Shown piece after piece: positions 49,476-62,515 of a stretch of 64,000 bases of DNA. The position numbers and the translations under genes were made by a program. The DNA is taken from NCBI GenBank assembly GCA_052327205.1, contig CM126226.1, forward strand, positions 1,426,001 through 1,490,000, written 5' to 3'. The stretch's first letter is position 1, and every line of letters begins with the position of its first letter. The notes beneath the pieces were generated by a model that worked only from the letters and a program-made list of their open reading frames with translations, did no database searches and was not told where the DNA came from. This DNA comes from Somniosus microcephalus. Its lineage: Eukaryota.

Positions 49476-52400
49476 TCGCTGCATCTAATTTGGGCTCCTT
49501 GTACCACATCATCTTTCCATTTCCAGTGGCTTTAGCAGTACCCATCTAAAGGTAGAACTACTGGTATCACGCATAGAATCTTACAGCACAGAAGTGAGGC
49601 CATTCGGCCCATCGTGCCTTCTCCTCAAAACATTTTCTTTCTCCACCCCCACCCCGGATTATTTAGAAGTCCAGATGATTGCATTATAAAGTGATTCCAG
49701 GTTGCCTCGACCCCTCTCTTTCCCTCCCCAGTGTTTCCCTCCCCAGTGTGTCTGGTGTATCAGTGGGTCTTGGTCTTGGTGTTTCTTTCCAACGGTGTGA
49801 GGTTTATTTCTTCTGACACTCTAAGACACCAGGGTAGCCGTGGGTGATGAGGTGACCAGTCATTCTGGTGGTGCAGCGAGCCTCTTTGGCATTCGAAAAT
49901 CAAGATCCAACCCCTTCTCGTCCTTCAGAGAGAGCCTGCCATCTTAGGACCCATCATGGACATTGCTTAAAACCGCTGGGGAAATTGTCCATGTCAAAGC
50001 AGGATGTTCCGTGTGTTTTTTTAAAAGCTGGACTCCTTATCTGATAAGATTTCATTAGCAGTTTTAACTTATTCAGCAGGCACTGGAGAGATTGTTTAAC
50101 ACTAGAGTTGACTTTGGGAAGTACTGAACAATTGTTTTTTTCACTAGCATTAGAATCACTTTGTTATAAAATGTCAAAGCAGAGCATGTTGAAGTCAACC
50201 CCACCGGTAATATATACCCAATGGTATCTGTTTAGATACAAGTATGTGTTGAAGAAGTGCTTGGTTCACCTGTTTGAGATGCACCTTTCCTGTTGAAGTT
50301 CTAAGAGGTCCGTCTCACTGGGCCGTATTGGTACTTTAGTGTCGTTTACAACCCAGGCCTGACCCGGGTCAGGCTCCCTCTCCCATGATGCTCCTGTAAA
50401 TGCATGGCAACGTCACAGACCAGAGAGCAATGAAGTTCCTTTCTTAAACTGGAAGCCAGAATAGTTCCCGCTCCCATGTGCTTGTATATATTATTGCCGG
50501 GGTTGGCTTGTAGGTTTTCTGCATTACAGAATTGTATCAGGTTAAGTTTTAAACAAACTGCAAAATCTAGATCCCCATCGGGATTTCAGCAAAGGTTTCA
50601 GATTCCAAAGGTGCTTGTTTCAGACCTGGTGCTACGAAATGATCTGAAAAGTTGTGGAATTTTTTTCTTTTGATCTTGTGTATTTTTATCTAAAACAATG
50701 ACTGTGTACAATTTTGCGTTTGATTGAACTGTCAGTTCTGTTGCTGATGGCCTGTTTACCTGTACTCCATGCACTGTACCCCATTGGAAATCACTGGATT
50801 TTAACTATTGCTAATAAATGGGGCTCAAACAAAATTAGGCACCCGTCTTAATTTTAAACTCCTCCATCCCTCTAAACAGAGGTGGAAGGATACACTTATT
50901 GAAGTTTTGCAGGAGTCCAATTGCATTTGTTGGGATTGCACAGTAAGCAGCAAGTGAAATGAACAAGTTAGTTAACAGAAAGGACAGATTTATACAGTGG
51001 CTTATCACGTTTCGGAAATGACTCAAAGCACTGCATGTACATCCATTTTACACACAGCAAGATCCCACAAACAAGCAAGGACCAGTCCACCTGTTTCTGG
51101 TGGTGGTTGAGTGAGGAACGTTCAGTCAGGACACCACAAGCAGGCTGCGCTCCTCTTTAACTCGCGGCCAGGGATCTATAATCTTCATTTGAACCACTGG
51201 ACCAAACAGGCGAGGCCTCCGTTTAACCAAAATTCAGCAGTCCCTCGGCGCTGTGCTGGACTGTCAGCTTAGATATTCCGCTCAAGTCCTCGGGGGACTT
51301 GAACCCACAACCTCTGACTTGCCAAACCCACTTCTAACCGGTTTCCTCAACAATGAAAACAGTCACAATCGGCATAATCAGAATAGTTCATGGAGAGGGC
51401 CTGTTATGGAGGAATGGCGTTGGATCAATAAAAGTTAATTCAGGAAACACGAGGTAAAGTTACAAGTGACTATTTTCAGAGGGACTGTTCTCAAAGCCCC
51501 ACCGTGAAATTTATTACCTTCAAGCTTATTTTTGACAATGTAATGGACTTTCCCCATTCTCCAGACACTCAGCAATGCTGAAATGAGCACCAATATTACA
51601 ATAATAAACCTACTGAAATGTCAGGAACAGCTTTTACTGCCCAGCATTAACCCGGCACTAAATCAGTGGCAGCTTGCTTTCTATAGGTCTGCTTGTGTAC
51701 AGGAAACTCCGAGCATTTTATATTGAGGAAGAAACACTGCACAGCCATGAAGGAAGGAAACTGAGGGCGAGAGCGAGGGGCCAAGCCGGGGTCTGAGGGA
51801 AAGGTTTTAAAGAAGCTTTTGAAAGCATGGAGGGAAGTAGCCAGGCAGAGGAATTTCCAGGGGACTGGGGAATAATGGCTGAATAAGCACCTGAAATGCA
51901 ATCAGAAAATTAAAAATCCGTTTTGCTTGTACTTTCTATGTCATCTCTTTTTCCTCCCCTATCTTGCTAAACGTAATTGGCTGTGAAGCACTTGGAGGTC
52001 CGGAGATTGTGGAAGTGCTCTCTCCAGCTATCTCTCCCTTTTTTTGTTGTTTCTTTTCATTTAGTAATCTGCCACTTACCTTTCTTCTTCAGCCTTCCTG
52101 CTCCTATCATCCGTGTTTGGAGGAACTATTTCTAGAAAGAGCTGTCATTGGCTGAAAACCAGCTTTAAAGGTTGATTGAGCCGACGCCCAGGCTGTGAAT
52201 AATGACATAATGAGATCCATCTCTTCCCCTTCTAGCTCTATCACCACAGCAATGGTAGATCTCGAATAAACTGCCCCATAATTTGCAGGGCTCTGGGGAA
52301 AGAGCAGGGTGGAGTGGGACTAATTGGAGAGCCGGCACAGGCAGGATGGGCCGAATGGCCTCCTCCTGCGCTGTACAATTGTATAATCCATGCACATTGT

Positions 52401-55400
52401 TTTATGCCCTTATGCTGACAGTACTGTTCCCACAGGACATCGCAGCAGCGATGAACTCGGTCTCGAACTAATTCAATCCCGCCATAAATCCCTACAAAAG
52501 TATCATTTTACATTAGCCACAATCGCAAAGCTTTCCAGGTGAATTCTGAATGAGCTCATTATTTGTAAGAATTGTAACACACTGAATAACCGACTCGCAT
52601 CAATCAAGATTCTTTTTTGCCATTTAAACAAAACTAATAAATAAACTGTAATTAGTTCAGATGTTGTTGTGCTCTGATTTTACTAATTAGAATTACTGGG
52701 ATTAAAATAATGCAAGGCTGAAAACTCGATTCACTTGCTGTGCACTGTAAAGCCCCGCAACCCGTGACACCCTGTTTTAAGGGGCAGGGATAGTCCTGAA
52801 AAGTGTTATTTGTGACTTTATCAGCTGTTTGTTTGAGCCGTTGAGCAAAGCGGCACTGAGCTACAGACGTGACTGATCGGTGTCTGTACTGAGAAGGATG
52901 AAGAGTCTGCCTGCTTTCTGTACAGAGACTAGCACAATGAAAACTTGCTGCATGCTGTCATTTGCGTGTTCAATATCGGTAGTAAGAGATTCAATGAGAT
53001 TGATAGAGAATCAACAAAAGCAGAATCGCTGGGCTTATGGGTGACTGTCTGAACGTTGAGGGACAGTAGTGCTGTTTGAAAATGAATTTTGTTATTTGAG
53101 TATTACCCGATGTAAAATTACCCCCTACGACACTGTTCTTTAGGCTCTTCGGAAAAGAAACTGTATATTTTCCCAATTTACTGCCATAAACAGTGCACAT
53201 TATATTGGAAATCACTGGATATCAGCCAGCATTCTAGTGAAGGGCTGACTCTGCATAACTAACCAGTCACTCGTTGGCCATTATTAACACCACTGGGTTT
53301 GCCAATGCCAGCTTGAGTCTCATTAAAGATTTCTGTTCTAAAAAGTGAGTGTGTGGGCACTCGGTTATAGTCATAGCAATCGTAAGATAGATTGCAGCTT
53401 TTCTGGTCAGACAAGAATGTTTGCACAACTCCCAACCATCCATCACTTACATGGGGAGGTTAATTTTTCAAGGGATGGTGAGCAGAACATCCAGAATCCA
53501 TATAAGGTGAGCAGAGAATGAGGTGCCGGCATTGTTGATGCATTCTAGTTGTATATGGAAGTGCTACATGCTTGTGGTGTTAGCTGGGGTTTTTGTGTGA
53601 AGGATTGTGTTCTGGATGTGGCGTAATTAGTATCACCAAGGATGGGAAGGTTATTGTTGGTCTGAGGCTTACCAAGAACTGTAACCAAAGTGAAAAATTG
53701 AGTTGAAAATGATTCTTTATGCACTAGAACAGAATGGCACTGTTCCATAGTGATCACATTGCTCAATGGGAAGAACAAAACAGCAGTGGTTGAAATGACT
53801 GGCAGTAGCCATTTCTCCAGTGTCTCTGACAGTTCTCCCACTTATGTTTTCCCATTTCAAATTCTGATTTCTATAGTCAGTGAGAGGATTGCTCTTTCAG
53901 CACAGGGTTCGAGTCCAGCTAACGCTACCTGAATAAAAGGCACCTGGTGCTGATGGCTATAAAGATCCAAAATTCTGTGTGTTGAGATGGTTTTGATTCA
54001 CACAGTTCCTTTTAGATAGCCCACCTCACAAAAAGAGCCAGAACTGGCAGTCACTTGGGGGCTGGGCTGGGGGAATGGCAGAAAGGCTGGCTAGTGTGGG
54101 GAATGGAAGTTTTATTGTAAGGTGCTTTCTCCGATTAAGACCTATTGTTGGGGTTCTTCAGTGTATCTTCACTCTTTTCCCAATTCATTCTTCACCTGAC
54201 CGAGGGGTCATTGGGGATAGCTGGTCTTGGTATGTTTCAGGTAGAGGCTGTGAGGCAATGGGAGTATAGCTGTCGATTTCTAACAGATTCACTGACTTTG
54301 CATGAATGGTGGTGAGAAATTGACGATAGTATTAATGGCCAGGTGCATCGCAGTCGAACCAGGCCTTTTGCCTCACAATTCAGATGACACATGTTTGAGG
54401 CCCAGGAGTGGTTATTGTACCTGGCCTTTTCCGCCTGGGGTTTGAAACCGCCGCGAGTTACTGGCTGACAATTTTCAATGGCAATGTAGTGGTATATATT
54501 TTAATAAACAATACAGCCTTCAATGTAATCTTAAATGATAACTGTATTGCTAATTAAATCCAGCAACCAATGGCATTTCAAAACTTTGACTGGGTTGGTG
54601 AAAACCCAGTAAATGAATGTAAAAAGCAAGGTAGCTAGAACACTGCGTGCTAATCAGCATTGGTAGTGTTTGGTCAGGCCATTGGGGCTAGCTAGTAATG
54701 ATTCTGCAGCATTCATTTCAGGAGGAGCAACCAGATGATGCTTCTTTTGCACTGTCATGGCTCCGGCTGCTTTGATGAAGAGACACTGGCAGTGGTCAGT
54801 GGTATAAACCCCACTCTACCCTCCCAACTGAAGGAGGATTCATGCAGGCAATGACCCTGTGCTGAAAAGTAATGGGGAATATCGTGAAGAATAATAGATT
54901 GGAACGGTCAACCCTAATAGTCAGCATCCAGTGATGAAACTCCGTTAACTAATGTCAATTTAAACATATTGAGAATTGGTAGTTGTCTGGGAAAATTTAT
55001 TTTGCAATAGAATAGCCCAGGCCATCGCCTGTAGGAAGGGACATGTAGAGGATGGGTTAATGTCACGTTATGTTATTCTCTACACAGAAAGCAGGCACTC
55101 ACTCAAATGCTGACTGCGCATTTCTTATCAGTCAAATTGGCAACAAGAATTCTATTAACAACAATAATGAAGAGTTTTTGCTTCCAGCACGTTACACAAT
55201 TGGAGAGTTGTGTGCAGAGTCCCAAACTGGAACCTGCTGAGATCTTTTAAAGGGCTGGTGACGGGGATTTCTCCCATGCACACGTTCAGAAGATGTGTTT
55301 CAGGGAGCAATCCTTGTAGTAATACCAAAGATAGTCACGGACAACTTTGGTCCTTCACGGCTTTACAAGCAACATTGTCACAATGGCAGAATCTTGATTT

Positions 55401-58400
55401 AAAACGTGATCTGAGCCAATGTTTTTGATCATACTATTGCAACCGTTCAAAACTGTGTTGTACAATCTTTGCTATTACTCAGTAGCTCGCTCTTGTGAGC
55501 AGTTTTTCAACCAGAATTTTCTGCTTACAATCGCAAATTTCCTGATGACACGAGTGCTTTTTACCGCAGCTGTAACTGGTGCTTAAAGTGATACAATGTG
55601 AACTACTTACCTGGAATGACTTCCCTCTCTCCTTCCACCAGTGTAGATGGTGAAACAAGTTTTAAAAAAGCCATGTAAATCTGTTTTATTGTATTTTGTA
55701 CAGAAGTAAAGCTTTTGCATATACTAACATGCATGTGTGTGCCTAGCCTTTTTTTGTAATCACGAGCTTTCAAACCCTGCTGTTTACGCATCATTGCTTT
55801 TTACCATTTGTTGCATACATTCATTCACTGCTATCGACCAGTATCTCATTTGCAACATTGTGCGCATTGATGTAAAGGTTTCAATGTTTTTCTTTCAATC
55901 ATTTATTTCCTTGCCTGAAATCAGGCTTGCATGGTCCATTGGAGTGCAGTGCTCTCAATTTCAAGGCTCATAGAGGTGACGTTAGAAGGGATCTCATTGG
56001 TGAATCAATAAATTAACCTAGGTCAGGACAGCATGTGATCTGCCCATTCACGATGCCCTGTGCAGGAAACCACTTTGCGCAGGCACAAGGACGACCCAGG
56101 TGGAAGTTACAGGAAGGGACAGGGCGTGCTTGGCAAAGAAAAGACCACGAGAACCTCATCCCTTTATATATTATCAACTCCTCATTCCCTCAATAATCTA
56201 ACATCTAATTTCAGGTGACGGGGAGACGTACCATTGAGACATTGCCCCTTCGAGGTTTTGATGTCACACAGGAGCCATGTAAATGTCTCCCTGCTCCCAC
56301 TACATTCAAGGTCTTGCTCTGGTCTTGTATTTCGGCTCTTATCTTCAGCTGCATTCTATAGCCAGCACAAATTTGCTTAATTTGGTTCTTCTCTGAAAAG
56401 TCATGTTACATATAATAATTCTATTGAAAAGTCATTGATAAAGATTATATAGTGTTACATAGTATTTACAGCACAGAAACAATTCGGCCCAACAGGTCCA
56501 TGCGGTGTTTGTGCTCCACATAATTGTAAGAGTTCTTAACAAGTTTTTGCCTTTCTGTGTATTGTTTGATATTGATTTCCAGCTTGGGGATGTCTGTTGA
56601 CTAGAGCCTGCATTGGCCGGTGATACACCGGTCAAAAATCTCCAGCTGAATCCTTGTTCGCTTATTGCCTCCAAATGTTAAACTTTTACTGCAATCTTTT
56701 CCAGTAATGATCATTACTAGCCACCAGGGCTGGTGTTCTGTCGCCGTTTATGTATCTCAGATACGAGTAGATCCCCATGGTAGCCCGGGGGCAATTATGA
56801 TACTTAATTGTCAACTTGCCCTGTCTCTTTCAGGGCCAAATGTTCCCTATATGGCCAAACTGTAGTTCTTCTAAACTCTCGGTGAACAGTGGTATTTGAG
56901 TCACTCGGACCCCCTGTATATTGAGCAGAGTGAGCAGCAATACGGGAGATCTGCTGCTATGATCGTGGTGCGTGCGTGCGGACCCATTTCTTGGCTATCA
57001 TATTTCAGGTGTCACACTCGAGTTGGCAAATTTGAACAAATTTCTCACAGCTGATTGGCCCAGATACAGATTTCTTCCAACAATATGGACAAGAAAGGAG
57101 ACCAATAATTTGAAAAGCAGGTGGCCATCTTGGGTTCTGACTTATAGCTTCAAGAGAAAACAACCTTGAAAATGCTTCTCAGCTGCAGGCTGAAATTGCC
57201 ATGCAGATTCCAATTTCAGAGTTTCCTGACCAAACAACAGTTAAGCTCTTTGAACCTATGCTCACTGTACAGTTAGATCTTGGAGGGACACAGTTCTACC
57301 ATAAAATAATACTCCTGTCGTTATTAAATAGCACATCATCCGACTTGCAAAGAGCAACACTGGGGGATTCATTAGTTATATAAAATAGATAAATTTTCTC
57401 TTCTGCACTCTCAAGTAAACCTTACTGGGACGACTCAAGATGCTGATGGTAATCTAAGAGTACATTTACGCATGGAGTTTAGCATTACAACAAAAGGCTT
57501 TCCACTTCACTAAAATTGGAGTGTAAAGAGAGATTTAGTTGAGCGATTTAAATCTAGATCAAAATTAGAACTGGGAAGTGAAACCCTGAGAAGCTGTGGG
57601 CTTTAAACCTCACAGGCAAATCTCCAGTCACAGTGTAAGCATGGTCTTCAGATTCGGTTCAAACGTTTCTCTCCTGTTGTGGGCCATCTTATGATTGGAC
57701 AGTGCTTGAAACCCAACTTCAGAAAGAACAATTGGCAGCAGGTCTGGATTAGCCACTCTACATTGGTTCTTCAAACCCTCAGCAAATGAGAAAGCAGTTT
57801 ACCATCCCTTCACTGTGCACAGGTTAAATGGACCTGAGGAACTTAGGAAGGCAGTGCTGATACTTTATGGAGTGCACCACAAAACAGCAAGAGCTCCAGA
57901 TGAAATATAAAATTAAGCACCGATCAGACTATTCTCAGGAATGGACTGAATCTAAATTATGCTTTTTATTTACATTCTAGTGTCCAGGGAAATGACATCT
58001 GGGTCCTCCAGGAATTAAATAACCTTCTCTAGGTCTTGCTCTAAAGTGAAAATGGTATCTGAAGTCTTGATGGGAGCTTCAACTCATACCTGGCCCTACT
58101 GGTCACACCGCATAAACTTAAAGACTCCCGCAACCTGCCATTGCAGATCAAATAGTGGAGCTTTGTGACAGTTCCCAGCATCCTTTTCTGAACTCTAACT
58201 TTTTGCAGCAGTGAATATCATCTCACCCCCTGCCCCCCGCCCCCCACACTTTAAGGATAAGCGTCCCTCTAGGAGTTTCTTAAGCTGCGTAACACTTTAC
58301 AAAAATGCATGCTATTTTGGTGAGAGGAGGAGGAATTCCACAAGCTTTATGCTTCAGTTATATTTGCGTAGCCTCAAAACTGGTGATTTGTATCTTTAGT

Positions 58401-60924
58401 AATTCAATTTTGTCATGGAACCCTGTTCTGGCCCTTGTGGGCCCAATCACAGCCTCCAGCTGCACAGCTTTCACTCCTCCACTAACCATGTGGATCATCA
58501 CTTGGGCTGCTTGAGAGAAGGAATGGCCTTCAGAATTATTTAGCTTTAGTTAAGATCAAGTTCCTCTGATATCCTCTGTACAGACAAAGCACATCCTGGG
58601 AGAGAATCCAAAAAGTTGGATACATGGACAAGGGATGTTTGCCCAAGCCACACTCTAACGGAAGATTGACCTTCATCAACCCAACTAAGCTATCTGTATA
58701 CTCAAGCAAGTGGTTTAAATTCAAGGATAACTTTCGTGCTAATGTAGACAACCTAATGCAAGCCACAAAACTCCTTGCAACAATCTGTAAATCATTCCCT
58801 CTAGATGAGGGTGCAGCCTGACGTTCAGGGAGTTCTGACGATACAAGCTGGCACTGGCATGCCTAGCTTAGAATTTTCAGGTTTCCTGGCATAAAGCAAA
58901 CAAAGTTTGCAGAAATCATTCTTTGCAAAGACATATCTGTTTAAGAAACCCTTGGAACAATGTTGGAGAATTTCAAGAAACACTAGTAAAGCCTAGGTAT
59001 GGCTTGTAAGCTGGTTCATCTTGCAGCTACAGAGAGGTGTATAAGCAAAGGGGAGGCGAGCTATTCCTGAATTTGTCAGGACGGCATGCACATCTGGTTT
59101 GGTGTCATCAGATTATGACCCTTTCTGCTAAACACTTCACAGGTGCAGAATGTCACAGTGGACATCTTGAGCAGTGTGGGGCGGGCGGTGGAGAGTGCAA
59201 CCATGTGGAGAATTCCGATAGAACTCATCAAGTCTTTGGCAGATAGATGTCATGACAACTTTTTGGATCAAAAGGTTGCCAAGATTTTGTTGCATGTGTT
59301 GACAGTGATCATAAGGTTTTTTTCATTGACTTTGCCTTTTCTTGTTCCTGCGTGTAGTGATTGTGACCTTCAAACTGTGGCACTTGATCTACCTTATGTT
59401 ATTTGATATTCCGAGGCTATATCGGACGTTTATACCTAAATTTTTACTTTTTCCCCCCCTCAGGAAATCATGGTACCTAAAGTATACCTGCTACCACATT
59501 GCCCTATTTTGATGAAAGAATCACCTTGTTGACTTTCCTTATTAATAGAACTAAGGACACTCACCAGTCTAGGCCAGTCTCTTGTTTTGGGAAGAAAACC
59601 CTTCACTGAACCCTTCACTGAACACAGAATGGCCAGATGGGTAGCAGGACTTACTTTCTTATTTTGTTTAGGTTGTTCTTTATCTGTTATGAACGACCAG
59701 GAAAATTTGAGGTCTTAAGTTAGTGCCACATCTTGGGGCAATATTTAAGTAGTTTCTCAAAGTGACTTGCTGTGCTATTAGGAGCCTTTATTGTCCTGAC
59801 CAGACACTTCAGAAGGAATACCTTGGCACTACAAGCTGGCCTTGAAATTAATCCATCAAGCTTCTCATCACCACTTTGTAGGGTGGCTGGGGATCAAATG
59901 TGACCACTTCTGGTTGGAGAATTGTACAAGCGAATTACCTCCTCCTGCAGTTAAAGAAGATTGTACACTTCATGGCTGTTGGTGTTCTGTGATAGTCCAA
60001 CAGACAGCCGAAATTCAAGAGGGATTGGGTAGACAATCTAAATAGTTCTGTGTATTCCTATCCAGTGACCTAATGTTCCAATAGAGAACTGAAGAAATTC
60101 CCCAATTAGTTTGACGAGGAGGTCAGTCAGTTGCAGTGGAGAGAATAGTCGATTTTTTTTTGCCCATTTCTTCACAACGGTTCTGAAGAAGAGATGAGCC
60201 CATTAAGAGGATTCCTACAGATGCTGACTGACCTACAGTGTGTTTTTAGAAATCTCTGTTTTTGTTTCAGTGGGTCTGACTAGAAATGTGGGTGTAAGCA
60301 GGATCGGTAATCTGAAGCTTGTAGTTCAGAGAGAATTTGTTGGGGATTTTCCTTGGTTGAGTAGGTTGGAGAGTTCATAATAAGGGCAGATTGCACTTAT
60401 CAGTGGGGAGGATATGCTTCGTGGGCAGAATGGCCTTCCCTAATTCTATACTTCCTTATATAAACTAAAAATGGAACCATATTAATGCCTCAAGTTACAT
60501 AGTCAGTTGAACTTGTAGATTGTTCCTAGTTCTTCTGTTAGTGAAGTATCTGTTGTTTCTAGTTCACAGAGAGATTTCATCTCAGTCCTTCTGCAATTTT
60601 TTTTAACTAACTGATCTTCAATGATCTTTTCAACTGCAATTCTGTTTGTACTGTTATAAGATAATCATTCGCTTGTTTTGGTTTCCTCTGCTTAATATTC
60701 TTTGCTGTTCTGGGTCCTGTTTCTGCAGTTCGTGTTGCAACATTTTCGATGTCAAGCCCTAACCACCTTTGCACCATGGGTCTATCCTTGTCTTCATACT
60801 TCGTAAGGCTCCATGTGCCTGCTCCTCCAGTCTCGCCCTGCTCTCTCCTTCAGTTCCTCCAGTCTCGCCCTGCTCTCTCCTTCAGTTCCTCCAGTCTCTC
60901 CCTGCTTCTTCCTCCAGTCTCAGA

Positions 60925-62512
60925 GTCATAGATAGAGTTATACAGCACAGAAAGAGGCTCTTCGGCCCATCGCGTCCGCGCCGGCCATCAAGCCCTGTCT
61001 ATTCTAATCCCATTTTCCAGCATTTGGTCCGTAGCCTTGTATGCTATGGCATTTCAAGTGCTCATCCAAATGCTTCTTGAATGTTGTGAGGGTTCCTGCC
61101 TCTACCACCCTTTCAGGCAGTGAGTTCCAGATTCCAACCACCCTCTGGGTGAAAAAGTTCTTCCTCAAATCCCCTCTAAACCTCCTGCCCCTTACCTTGA
61201 ATCTATGCCCCCTTGTTATTGACCCCTCTACTAAGGGAAAAAGTTCCTTTCTATCTACCCTATCTATGCCCCTCATAATTTTGTATACCTCAGTCAGGTC
61301 CCCCCTCAGCCTTCTCTGCCCCAAGGAAAACAACCCCAGCCTGTCCAGTCTCTCTTCATAGCTGAAGCGCTCCAGCCCAGGTAACATCCTAGTGAATCTC
61401 CTCTGCACCCTCTCCAATGCAATCACATCCTTCCTATAGTGTGGCGACCAGAACTGCACACAGTATTCCAGCTGTGGCCTAACCAGCGTTTTATACAGCT
61501 CCATCATAACCTCCCTGCTCTTATATTCTATGCCTCGGCTAATGAAGACAAGTATCCCATATGCCTTTTTCACCACCTTATCCACCTGTTCTGCTGCCTT
61601 CAGGGATCTATGTACATGCACATCAAGGTCCCTCTGATCCTCTGTCTTTCTAGGGTCCTACCATTCATTGTGTATTCCCTTGCCTTGTTAGTCCCTCCAA
61701 AATGCATCACCTCACACTTTTCAGGGTTAAATTCCATTTGCCACTTTTCCGCCCATCTGACCAACCCATCTATATCGTCCTGCAGACTGAGGCTACCCTC
61801 CTCGCTATTTACCACCCCACCAATTTTCGTGTCATCTGCGAACTTCCTGATCATACCTTTTACATTCACATCCAAATCATTAATGTAGACCACAAACAGC
61901 AGGCTTCCAGTCACAAAATCAACCTTCGACCATCACCCTCTGCCTTCTGCCACTAAGCCAGTTTTGGATCCAATGTGCCAAGGCACCCTGGATCCCATGG
62001 CCTCTTACCTGCTTGACCAGTCTCCTATGCGGGACTTTATCGAAAGCCTTACTGAAATCCATGTATACCACATCCACTGCACTACCCTCATCCACAAACC
62101 TAGTCACCCCCTTGAAAAATTCAATCAAATTGGTCAGACATGATCTTTCCTTGACAAAGCCATGCTGACTATCCCTGATTAATCCTTGCCTCTCCAAGTG
62201 GAGGCTAATTCTGTCCCTCAGAATTTTTTCCAATAATTTCCCTACCACTGATGTTAGGCTCACTGGCCTGTAATTCCCTGGTTTATCCCTACTACCCTTC
62301 TTGAATAATGGTACTACGTTAGCTGTTCTCCAGTCCCCTGGCATATTCCCTGTGGCCAGAGAGGTTCTGAAAATTTGTGTCAGAGCCACTGCAATCTCCT
62401 CCTTTGCCTCACACAGCAGCCTGAGATACATCTCGACGGGCCTGGGGATTTATCCACTTTTAAGCCCGCTAAAACTGCTAGTACCTCCTCCCTCTCGATG
62501 CTAATATGTTCA
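60925..62512 (-). mobile_element. CR1/HER1 LINE, 5'-truncated, with internal deletion and frameshifts
   Basis: NYRPVSLTS, QHGF, MDFSKAFD, KFADDTK, LEYCVQFWSP fragments; GVPQGS motif lost near 61900. Confidence 0.95.
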
Positions 62513-62515
62513 AGT

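Noticed and set aside
59464-59472. 9-nt microexon candidate after a strong pyrimidine tract (cctcAG|GAAATCATG|GTacct)
   Set aside because: Weak donor and no supporting homology; such matches occur by chance in a 16-kb intron.
57000-59900. Coding-like composition, perhaps a very old DIRS or LTR element (also about 37800-37990 and 40500-41640)
   Set aside because: Only faint motif echoes and no convincing domain; needs a translated HMM search.
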